Of a stretch of DNA of 64,000 bases, positions 9,554 through 17,830 are shown piece by piece. The DNA comes from a virus (lineage: Duplodnaviria > Caudoviricetes): the IMG/VR virus record IMGVR_UViG_3300028591_000143, positions 33,589-97,588 of that record; one strand, given 5' to 3'. Each line of letters begins with the position of its first letter. Position 1 is the first letter of the stretch. The notes beneath the pieces were generated by a model. It had not been told where the DNA came from and made no database searches. It was given only the letters and a program-made list of their open reading frames with translations. The position numbers were made by a program, and so were the translations under genes.

Positions 9554-12500
9554 ACTTGTTGATTTTTAGTATTTGTCTTAGCAGGACTCTTACCTCCACT
9601 ATTCTGGTTATTCTGTACTATAGCATTATAAATAAGTGGTAAATATTGTGCAGTAGCTTTTGTGTGTTCAGCTGTTTCTGCTGTCATCTGTGCTGTAATA
9701 AGACTTGATGTTTCTGTCGTACTTACACTATTAGATGAATTGTCTGTCATTTGCACAGAATTTTTATTTCCAGCTTTTACATTTTTTCCAGCAGTAGTAG
9801 CATTAGATATGGGGGTATTTGTTTTTGTTGTGGTTCCTCCTAATATTGAATAGGCTGTTGGGTAAGAATCGGGCCTTGAGAGAAGACTTAAACCATAAGA
9901 ACTCGAGTTTGGGGATTCTGTAGTTGGTATAGATGTATTATTACTATCTTCAATACTTCCCACAAAGGAGTTATAAATTCCACTTGCGTTTTTTAATCTA
10001 GGCCTCCATATTGTATCTTCATAGCTCACAAAATTCTTATGATGTTTTCTATAAGTATCCTCCATACTCTTTTTTGTAGCTGGACCTGCATTAGACCCAT
10101 TTTCAAATCCCCTAGTAAAAAGATCTACGGTTTGTTCTATTATTTCTTGTGGTGTGAGATTATTTGTAGATAACGCACGAATTGAATTATATACACGCCT
10201 CTTCTTAAACTCCTGCAAGAAAAACTCAAGTTGATCCTCTAATGACACAGCATGTATTCCAGGAAATGATCTTCCAGGATATTTATTTTTCCACCAAGCT
10301 TCAAAATCACCCTTTCTACTATTTGACCATTGACAGATTCCTTCTCCAAAGGGCTTTCCAGCTTTATATTCTCCAACATTAATAGCTCCCGGATTAAAAT
10401 TAGACTCTTGCTGTATAACACCTGCAATACCAGCAGCCTGTTCATCAGTAAAACCATCTTTTTTTAGAAAATTAAATATTTTTCTAGCATTAGCCTCTCT
10501 CTCTTCCTTGGTTATCTTTTTTATGGTTATATTCCCCCTATTATCTAGGGTACTGAAGTCTCCACCACCTAGATTAGCCCTGGCAGAACTAGAATATTGA
10601 GGGTCAGAACCTGATCTTCTTTGCTCATACATTTCTGCCTCATACTCTATATCTCTAATACTACCCATAGATTTCTCATACTTACTATCGTGATCAAATG
10701 TATCTAGGTGTTTTTGAGTAGCATTCATTCTTCCCTCGGTAATTATTCCCTGATTTTTTAAGTTTCTGAGAGCTAATTCTTGAGTATCTATAGTATAATC
10801 CTCTATGGAATTTGATCCTACAAGTTTATAAATAATTCCTCTAATAACAGATGAATCTATTTTTACAACTCTCCAATGATCTTGACCTGTTCTACTATTA
10901 AAGTCAGGCTCTTCTACTAACTTTATTTTATCTCCCTCAGCACTTTCATAAACAATCTTTCGATAATAAGTAGAAAAATCATAACCCGATTGATAAAATT
11001 CTCTTTCTCTAGTTCCGGAAATTGATTTATTAATGAGTTTTATATTAATTTGCTCCAAATCTGTGGAAGGGACTTTAAATAATGTTGTAAATTTTTCAAA
11101 CACGAGAATATCATTGGCCTTAGATAGTAGTTTAAGTAAATATAATAACTTCTCCATATCAATGTCAAAATTATGTTGACTTTTTGGTCTTCCTATAGTA
11201 GTATACATAAGGCCATAATTACCTGTTACTTGGGTCCTAACTGCCTGACTTGACTTCCCCCAACTATACTCCCCTCTTATCTGTTTGTATATATCCAAAG
11301 AAGCTGCTAAAGTTCCTCTATACGAGGCAGTAGATAATCTATCTCCAAGGGGTGTTAGATCTATTTTTCTTAAGGTACTTACTCCACTTGCATTTTTATA
11401 TACACCATTGCCAACTCCTGTAGTAGTTACTGTTCTATGTAGGTTGTGAAGTCTTAGTGTTAATATATCCGCTTCTCCAAAATATGAAAGCAAATCACTT
11501 CCTCGTTCTCTTAAAAATCGCTGTTTGGTTGATTCTTTTGATCTATCTTTTTCTTTTATTCCATTTTTATTTGCCCAATCTTGATATTCTTTTTCTATAT
11601 CAACTCCACCGCCATTCTTTTTTACTAAAACAGCATTTCCACTATTATCTGTTAGGCTTATTCCTTTTCCTTTTCCTAGTTTTGCAGCTAATTCTTTGGA
11701 ACCACTACTTGTATCTTCACCTAAGGCTAAACTATCTCTAATCTCACTCTCTCTTTCTTTATTTAACATGGCTCGGGCGGCTTTTGTTCCCCCAAAGAAA
11801 ACACTAAGCCAATCTAAGAGACCCTTTACTGCTTGTCCCGGTCTTAAGATACTACCCCAATCATGATCTTTTAAAATATTATCTGCTAATTGTTTTCTAT
11901 CATAAAGCGCCCTGGATAATTTTTCTAGGATTACATTAAATACACCAGTTTCCTCTTTATTCCATAACGCAAATCTAATCTTTCCTATAAATGTTTTCGG
12001 ATCATCTAAATCAATCTTTCCATCACCTCCAAAAATTCCCCCTACTCTCTCTCCTATGACATCAATCCATCCCCTTATCTTAGTCTCTGCATTATCGATA
12101 AAGTTTAAGATCTTGGGGAGTCTAGTAGCTAATCCGATAAGTCCTATGGTTTTTAGCATGTTCATAAAGGGATTACTCATACGCTCTGCCATTCTTCTAG
12201 GATCCATGGCTTTAGTTATATCTTTTCCTAATCCCTCTAATTTTCTCATCATCTTATTCGCATTTCTCGTTAAGCTGCTCTCTCTTCTCTGATATTCTAA
12301 GTTTTGTTTCTGAAATTGAGCATCTTGACGGGCGAATACATTAGTTAACCAGGCTTTAAATTTTCCTTGTGTGTCTTCCTTCGGCCTTATACTAACATCC
12401 CTTCCTTGTACCGGACCACCTTGTATGTTAGTAGTATTATTATTTATGGTTATGTTTTGTGGTCCCTGTCTTACTACCTTTGTTTCTTTTATGACTCGAG

Positions 12501-12765
12501 GCTGATTTAATCCATAACCCCCGAGAACATTACGTGTGGTAGAATTCAATCCATCCATAGCCATAATCTCTGCAGCCTGTCCGAGAGTTTGTCTTTGGGC
12601 TTGCATATTCATAGCATTATTGGCCTGGAGTGCTAAATTTTGTTGTTGTTCCGCTTGTATTGCTAAGAGTTGGTTTTGAGCCTCCTGATAACTTTCAAAC
12701 TCTTTTCCAGACTCAACCCTTTTCTCGGCAATTCTTCTCGTTTTTTTATCTGTGCTCTCTGCCAT
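9550..12765 (-). CDS. Tape-measure-like protein with phage tail lysozyme domain
   Basis: Helical N-terminus; GFTDEQAAGIAGVIQQESNFNP…GICQW…R…LEDQLEF motif. Confidence 0.8.
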   Translation of the reverse strand: MAESTDKKTRRIAEKRVESGKEFESYQEAQNQLLAIQAEQQQNLALQANNAMNMQAQRQTLGQAAEIMAMDGLNSTTRNVLGGYGLNQPRVIKETKVVRQGPQNITINNNTTNIQGGPVQGRDVSIRPKEDTQGKFKAWLTNVFARQDAQFQKQNLEYQRRESSLTRNANKMMRKLEGLGKDITKAMDPRRMAERMSNPFMNMLKTIGLIGLATRLPKILNFIDNAETKIRGWIDVIGERVGGIFGGDGKIDLDDPKTFIGKIRFALWNKEETGVFNVILEKLSRALYDRKQLADNILKDHDWGSILRPGQAVKGLLDWLSVFFGGTKAARAMLNKERESEIRDSLALGEDTSSGSKELAAKLGKGKGISLTDNSGNAVLVKKNGGGVDIEKEYQDWANKNGIKEKDRSKESTKQRFLRERGSDLLSYFGEADILTLRLHNLHRTVTTTGVGNGVYKNASGVSTLRKIDLTPLGDRLSTASYRGTLAASLDIYKQIRGEYSWGKSSQAVRTQVTGNYGLMYTTIGRPKSQHNFDIDMEKLLYLLKLLSKANDILVFEKFTTLFKVPSTDLEQINIKLINKSISGTREREFYQSGYDFSTYYRKIVYESAEGDKIKLVEEPDFNSRTGQDHWRVVKIDSSVIRGIIYKLVGSNSIEDYTIDTQELALRNLKNQGIITEGRMNATQKHLDTFDHDSKYEKSMGSIRDIEYEAEMYEQRRSGSDPQYSSSARANLGGGDFSTLDNRGNITIKKITKEEREANARKIFNFLKKDGFTDEQAAGIAGVIQQESNFNPGAINVGEYKAGKPFGEGICQWSNSRKGDFEAWWKNKYPGRSFPGIHAVSLEDQLEFFLQEFKKRRVYNSIRALSTNNLTPQEIIEQTVDLFTRGFENGSNAGPATKKSMEDTYRKHHKNFVSYEDTIWRPRLKNASGIYNSFVGSIEDSNNTSIPTTESPNSSSYGLSLLSRPDSYPTAYSILGGTTTKTNTPISNATTAGKNVKAGNKNSVQMTDNSSNSVSTTETSSLITAQMTAETAEHTKATAQYLPLIYNAIVQNNQNSGGKSPAKTNTKNQQV

Positions 12766-12818
12766 CTCTCTTTATAATTAATAATAAAAATAAAGAACTA
12801 TAACAAATTAATTCATTG

Positions 12819-13217
12819 TTATAATTCTTTACTTATCGTCTTATCCCAGTCTATATCCCCTCCATTCATAAATTCACTCATCTTGTGGTTTTCTATTTCA
12901 AGAGAGGAAATAAGTCTGGTAAAAAATCTCCTCGAAGACTTTGATTTTAATAATTTTCTCATTTCAGGATAACACTCAAAATGTATACCAAAATGAGGAT
13001 GTAATTTAAGGGGCACATCTATTAAACCTGCACTCCTCTCATACCTCCCTCCATATACCATTATTATCTTCTGCCCTTCACATTCACTTACTACTATGGT
13101 GTCTTTATGTTTGTTCTTGTAAAAAAGTATTATCCTAGAATCTCCTCCATAACCATACTTCTCTTCTATACTTTTTCTTCTGTTATTTCCCATAGTTTTC
13201 TCCAATCTAAATAACAC
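12819..13217 (-). CDS. Hypothetical protein, tandem paralogue 3 (true start probably MGNN)
   Basis: Similar to 13166 and 13610 (YG.G.D.R.I..Y..KHK; GIHFECY; RRFFTRLI). Confidence 0.75.
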   Translation of the reverse strand: MLFRLEKTMGNNRRKSIEEKYGYGGDSRIILFYKNKHKDTIVVSECEGQKIIMVYGGRYERSAGLIDVPLKLHPHFGIHFECYPEMRKLLKSKSSRRFFTRLISSLEIENHKMSEFMNGGDIDWDKTISKEL

Positions 13218-13570
13218 CCTCTGATCATATAATCACCTATCCGATGACCAAAGACAACTAATTCTCGGATGATTCTTATAAATTCCCTCCTTGCACATTT
13301 TCCCTTTAGCTGATCTAACATGTCATGGTAGTCTTCAAAGTATACAGTTAATCCACCGAAGGGAGTTTTATCTGGAGTAATTATAGCTCTTCCATAAGTA
13401 AATTTCTTTGGCCCCGTATGAACCTGAATATATAATTTCTCGGAGGTATTGGATTTACTTATTGAGATTCGATTTTTATGTTTATCGTGGTATAAATAGA
13501 TTAAACGCGTGTCGGATCCAAAACCATATTCTTTCTCTGCTTTTTTCGAAAATTTAGTCTTATCTCTCAT
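13166..13570 (-). CDS. Hypothetical protein, tandem paralogue 2
   Basis: Highly similar to 13610..14011 (MRDKTKFSKKAE…). Confidence 0.8.
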   Translation of the reverse strand: MRDKTKFSKKAEKEYGFGSDTRLIYLYHDKHKNRISISKSNTSEKLYIQVHTGPKKFTYGRAIITPDKTPFGGLTVYFEDYHDMLDQLKGKCARREFIRIIRELVVFGHRIGDYMIRGCYLDWRKLWEITEEKV

Positions 13571-13609
13571 ATCATTAATAAGGAAAATAAAGAACTATAA
13601 CATTCTCAG

Positions 13610-14011
13610 TCATAATTCTTTACTCTCTGTTATTTCCCACAGCTCATTCCATAGCAACCTGTCTCCAATCATATGATCCCCTATTCTATGACCGAGAACA
13701 ACTAACTCTCGGATAATTCTTATAAATTTCCTCCTTGCACACTTCCCCTTTAACCGATTTAGCATATCTTCATAATCCTCAAAGTATATGGCTAGTCTAC
13801 CAAAGGGAGTTTTTGTTGGGGGATCTATTAGTCCAACAGAATAGTTATGCGGCTTGGAAAATACTTTTATATATATCTTTTCTGAGTCATTGGATTTACT
13901 TATTGAGATTCGATTTCCATGCTTGTCTCTGTATAAATAGATCAAGTGCGTATCAAATCCTGTACAATATTCTTCCTCTGCTTTTTTCGAAAACTTAGTC
14001 TTATCTCTCAT
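13610..14011 (-). CDS. Hypothetical protein, tandem paralogue 1
   Basis: Highly similar to 13166..13570. Confidence 0.8.
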   Translation of the reverse strand: MRDKTKFSKKAEEEYCTGFDTHLIYLYRDKHGNRISISKSNDSEKIYIKVFSKPHNYSVGLIDPPTKTPFGRLAIYFEDYEDMLNRLKGKCARRKFIRIIRELVVLGHRIGDHMIGDRLLWNELWEITESKEL

Positions 14012-14015
14012 ATCA

Positions 14016-14264
14016 TTAATAAGGATCTGACTTTGTTGAATATCGTATAAATCCCGTCCGTAGTGCTTCTTCTTTTGTCATAGTAAATACAATCTTAGTA
14101 TCCATTTTCTTATATTTTCCGGACGACATTAATACACCCTCACGGATTTTATAGGTTGTTTTGTTTCTCGTTTGTTTTCCTTGGGGGTATCGTAGTTTGA
14201 ATCCTATATACCCCCTGTCGGACTTTATTTTTATTCTTTTCTGTATTTTGCGTTTATTGTTCAA
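14016..14264 (-). CDS. Small basic hypothetical protein
   Basis: 82-aa ORF overlapping the helicase stop. Confidence 0.45.
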   Translation of the reverse strand: MNNKRKIQKRIKIKSDRGYIGFKLRYPQGKQTRNKTTYKIREGVLMSSGKYKKMDTKIVFTMTKEEALRTGFIRYSTKSDPY

Positions 14265-16354
14265 GGTTCAGTTAGGTCTTTTATTGTTTCTTCTTTTATC
14301 GAGACTATTAGATATCCTTTGTCTCGTTTTCCTGTCTCTTCGTTTTTTATGTCGACGGTTTTGATTATAAAGTAATCTCCAAGATCCACTGCCTTCGGAG
14401 TTTTTGAATACCCAACAGAATCATATAGATGTTTTAGTTTCTTTTTTATTTCTGTCTTTGTATATTTTTCTCCAACAGTAAAGGTATCTATAATTAATGT
14501 CCCTATATCTATTGATTGATTCCCTATTATTCCCTCATATGCTTTCTTCATGTCTGTTGCATCAAATCTTAAGGCTCTCATTCTATCTGGCCCTAAAACA
14601 ACATAGTAATTATTAAATGATTCAGGTAAATGTGGTAATAATGAGTTAGCAACACTTTCCTCTAGAGAACATAGGTACCGTAATTTATCAGGAAGGTATT
14701 TATAAGAATATAGTTTATCGAGATAAAAATTAATATCATCTACTTCTCCTATTGTTTTTGATAACGAAGAAAATACATTAAACCTATCCTTATAATCCAC
14801 TTGTTGTACATCGAAAGCCCTCATTTCTGATATCATCACCAATTTATTAAAAACTGGTTGTAAATCTGATCCAGCATGTTTATTTACTGCTACAAAATTC
14901 TTTCTATAACTACTTAATTTTGTTAACTCTAAATATGCACTTGCTAAATCATGTTTGGCACTACTATTAGAGGTATTATATGCATCGAGTAGATTATTAG
15001 TAACTCTCTCTTTATTATCTAAATAATCTTTAAACTTTTCAGTCGTAATTACTTTCGTATTGAGTTTATAAAATAATTCTGCTCTGTTTTTCCAAGGATT
15101 CTCATCTAATCTCTGTCTTCCAAGAATCTGTGGTAAGTCTAGAGTAATATCAACTGATAAACAATCCACATTAGCATCAGAAAATATAAAAGACCTGGCA
15201 TTAGTAGAATAAAAGTCTGCTCCAAGGTACACTGTTCTGGTACAAAGGGTAAACATTTTGTGGGGTTCTCCTTCTTTTGGAACAGTACCTATACACCTCT
15301 TTGTCTTATTTACTGACACATCTCCTGCTTTCTTTAGTGCAGTTTTTATTTTTCTCTCATTTTCATCATTTCCTGAACAAAGAATATTAGCTTCATCTAA
15401 TTTGAGACCACACTTTTTAATTATATCACAGAGATTTTTGACAGAATTAATATAAAACACAGCCTCTTTACTATATACTTCCTCAAAACTGCCATCTTCT
15501 TTTTGTCGTGTGAGCTTTTCAAATTTGCCCTCTCTGTAGGTATTAATGATCCTCTCTACTTCTCCAATCATACTTTTCTTTGAAGAAATTAGCTTGGTTT
15601 TTATATAAGGTTTAATAACTCTTCCTGGATTTTCACTAGTCCAATCAAGCTCATAGTAGGGAAGGTCTTTGTATTCATCAAGTTGTTCCAGATATGTGTC
15701 GATCATTGGTGTAGCAGAAAGATAAATTACATTATCTAATCCTTTTAGATTATACATGAATTCATTTTCAGTATCGGGCTTGAAGCGTGAATCACAGAAA
15801 ATACTCTGAAACTCATCAACTATAATTTTATATTTTTTTATTGAATCTCCAAGCGTCTCTTTTATCCTCCGAAAAGAATCATAGGTGACCATAAACTTCG
15901 GAGACCTATGGTATTTGATATAACAAAGTGAGACATGATCTTCTATCTTTTTCTTAAGTTGCTTGGTGTATTCCTCTGCCCTTTTCTTTGTTTTTTCTTC
16001 TTTTTCCTTCTCTGTGTCTCCATCTAATAAACCTTTCTTGGACTTTGAATCCTTTGAAATGTCCTTATCATAATTCTCAAAAGAGTTATATTCATTCCTT
16101 AGGTATAGTAGATTTTCTTGATCTTTATGTTGTTCCTCTTTATTTTCAAGAAGGACTAATCTAGGACTACAAAGAATGACTGGATAACTGTTTGTGAGCC
16201 AATACTCAGTATATCCACATCCGGTAATAGTTTTGTTCATTATGTAGGATTGATTCTCCGGAACTAGGTCCCTCAATCTTTTACCCTCTTCAAGGTTGTC
16301 CCAATCATTGATATACCTAATATCTCTGGGAACTTTAATTACGTATTTCTCCAT
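14261..16354 (-). CDS. SF2 helicase-like protein with C-terminal putative DNA-binding domain
   Basis: TGCGYT (I), VTYDS, IVDEFQ (II), LSATP (III), TRTVYLGADF (V), QILGRQR (VI); C-terminal KTPKAVDLGDYF. Confidence 0.85.
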   Translation of the reverse strand: MEKYVIKVPRDIRYINDWDNLEEGKRLRDLVPENQSYIMNKTITGCGYTEYWLTNSYPVILCSPRLVLLENKEEQHKDQENLLYLRNEYNSFENYDKDISKDSKSKKGLLDGDTEKEKEEKTKKRAEEYTKQLKKKIEDHVSLCYIKYHRSPKFMVTYDSFRRIKETLGDSIKKYKIIVDEFQSIFCDSRFKPDTENEFMYNLKGLDNVIYLSATPMIDTYLEQLDEYKDLPYYELDWTSENPGRVIKPYIKTKLISSKKSMIGEVERIINTYREGKFEKLTRQKEDGSFEEVYSKEAVFYINSVKNLCDIIKKCGLKLDEANILCSGNDENERKIKTALKKAGDVSVNKTKRCIGTVPKEGEPHKMFTLCTRTVYLGADFYSTNARSFIFSDANVDCLSVDITLDLPQILGRQRLDENPWKNRAELFYKLNTKVITTEKFKDYLDNKERVTNNLLDAYNTSNSSAKHDLASAYLELTKLSSYRKNFVAVNKHAGSDLQPVFNKLVMISEMRAFDVQQVDYKDRFNVFSSLSKTIGEVDDINFYLDKLYSYKYLPDKLRYLCSLEESVANSLLPHLPESFNNYYVVLGPDRMRALRFDATDMKKAYEGIIGNQSIDIGTLIIDTFTVGEKYTKTEIKKKLKHLYDSVGYSKTPKAVDLGDYFIIKTVDIKNEETGKRDKGYLIVSIKEETIKDLTEP

Positions 16355-16454
16355 ATATGTAATAGTTTTTAATTATTTTAATTTCTGTTTAATACAGATT
16401 CCAGTTTTAATAAAGGAGCTTCTTATATAGAAACTTCCTTAAATATTTTTATTA

Positions 16455-16471
16455 CATATATAAGGGTTTGA
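16455..16471 (-). promoter_or_regulatory. Phage promoter-like motif CCTTATATATG
   Basis: TCAAACCCTTATATATG about 100 bp upstream of the helicase; recurs in about 12 intergenic sites. Confidence 0.6.
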
Positions 16472-16690
16472 GAAAAAATGAGGGTAAAAAAGTGGTCGAA
16501 GAGGTTTTGTTAGAAGAGAAAATAACTAAAAACCCCTTAAAATACCCCTAAAAGTGCTATTTTAAGTGGTCGCTGCGACAAAAGGGTGTGAAACAAAGGA
16601 GCTATCCTAATATAATACCTATCTATTAAAAATGTCGCAATATTATGTAAGAGTACTTTATTTTAAGTGGTCATAAAAAATTGAGGGTAC
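16455..16690. repeat. Promoter-plus-repeat block similar to 49937-50070
   Basis: CATATATAAGGGTTTGA…AAGTGGTCG…AAAATACCCC…AAGTGGTC…AAAAAATTGAGGGT in both places. Confidence 0.8.
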
Positions 16691-16969
16691 ACTTTTTCGA
16701 GCTAACAGAGGAGCATCCGGTAATATAATGGAACAAAAAGTGTATTTAGTGCAGTTATAAAAAAGTAATATTGTTTCCCTCGTTATAATCCCCTTTGGGG
16801 CTTACAACTTCGAAAATTCCCCAATAATTTTGTAGAAGAGGCGTAGCCTATTCCTACAATGATAACCCTGTAGCAACTCAAGTGGGTCCCACTGAAACCG
16901 ACGTAGGAGGTTTTATGGGCTTGAGTTGTGGAAGGGTGTCAGGAGGGAAGCTCCTGTGTTAGCGAGAAT

Positions 16970-17016
16970 TAGGTCCGTAGTTGTAATCGAATACCACGCC
17001 TTAAAGCGCTACGGAC
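16970..17016 (-). ncRNA. Putative tRNA-like three-way-junction element (type A)
   Basis: P1 UCCGUAG/CUACGGA, CGC/GCG hairpin, UGGUA-UUCGAU-UACA, then C-CUA. Confidence 0.6.
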
Positions 17017-17083
17017 GATATGAAAAAACATATAATTAAAGTTCCCGACCGATATCACATCGACCGAGAGTGTGATTAGGTCA

Positions 17084-17830
17084 TTAGAGGTTATCCCAAC
17101 TTCTTTTGAAATGCTCAAATGCCAAACTAAGTTGGACATCAGATCTATCGGTTCCATCTGCATCTACTCCGTTTTCCAGGTTTTAATAATAAATTTTGTT
17201 TATTACTTAGACTATATCTTTTTCTTCTGTACATAGTCGTTGAGCCCATAAAAGGGTTGCTGATTAAGTTTTTCCTTTTCCAGCAGTTCTCAGATTTCTT
17301 AATATTTTTTTTATATTAAGGACAAATTATTTATCGAGCGGAGCGTCCATAATCACGCAGTTATAGAAGTGGATAGTACGGACATCTAGACGAGAGGAGT
17401 TAGTGAGATAGAGTTCGCAATCCGTAACCAAGTCATCTTTACGGAAGCTATATTTAGTATCTCTATCAGCAATTTTTTGTTTCCAGTCATCCACGAAATA
17501 GGAGATAGCCTGATCTTCTCTATCCACGAAGCTGAGGGTGAGCTGACCGGAAGTATTCTGACCTGTTTGTTGTCTAATCACGAAATTTCCTCTCATTCTT
17601 TTTTCGAAGCCAGACACAGAACTATCTATACCGACCTGAACGCTATTAAGTCTTGCGTTTATAATAGTGTCGCCGGGGTAATAAACAATTCTAGGGCCGT
17701 TATTCAGGAACTTAAATTCCCACATATCACCCCTTAGAAACTCTTTATTATCGTCTCTATAGGTGGATGTGTAGTCAATAAAGTGCATACGTCCATTACT
17801 TTGACGGACTAATTCTGTTACTGTTGCCAT
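17084..17830 (-). CDS. Tail tube protein, two exons (17333..17830 and 17084..17176), 196 aa spliced
   Basis: Tube-like QLTLSFVD…FYNCVIMDAPLD is continued in frame by ENGVDADGTDRSDVQLSLAFEHFKRSWDNL* after intron removal. Confidence 0.8.
17177..17332 (-). ncRNA. Miniature group I intron (156 nt)
   Basis: Exon ends in U with P1 U•G wobble; P (AACUGCUG), Q (AAUCAGCA), R (UCAACGACUA), S (AAGAUAUAGUCU); terminal G. Confidence 0.9.

Noticed and set aside
16969-17163. 64-aa ORF MQMEPIDL…
   Set aside because: Wrong frame; overlaps tube exon 2 and a structured element
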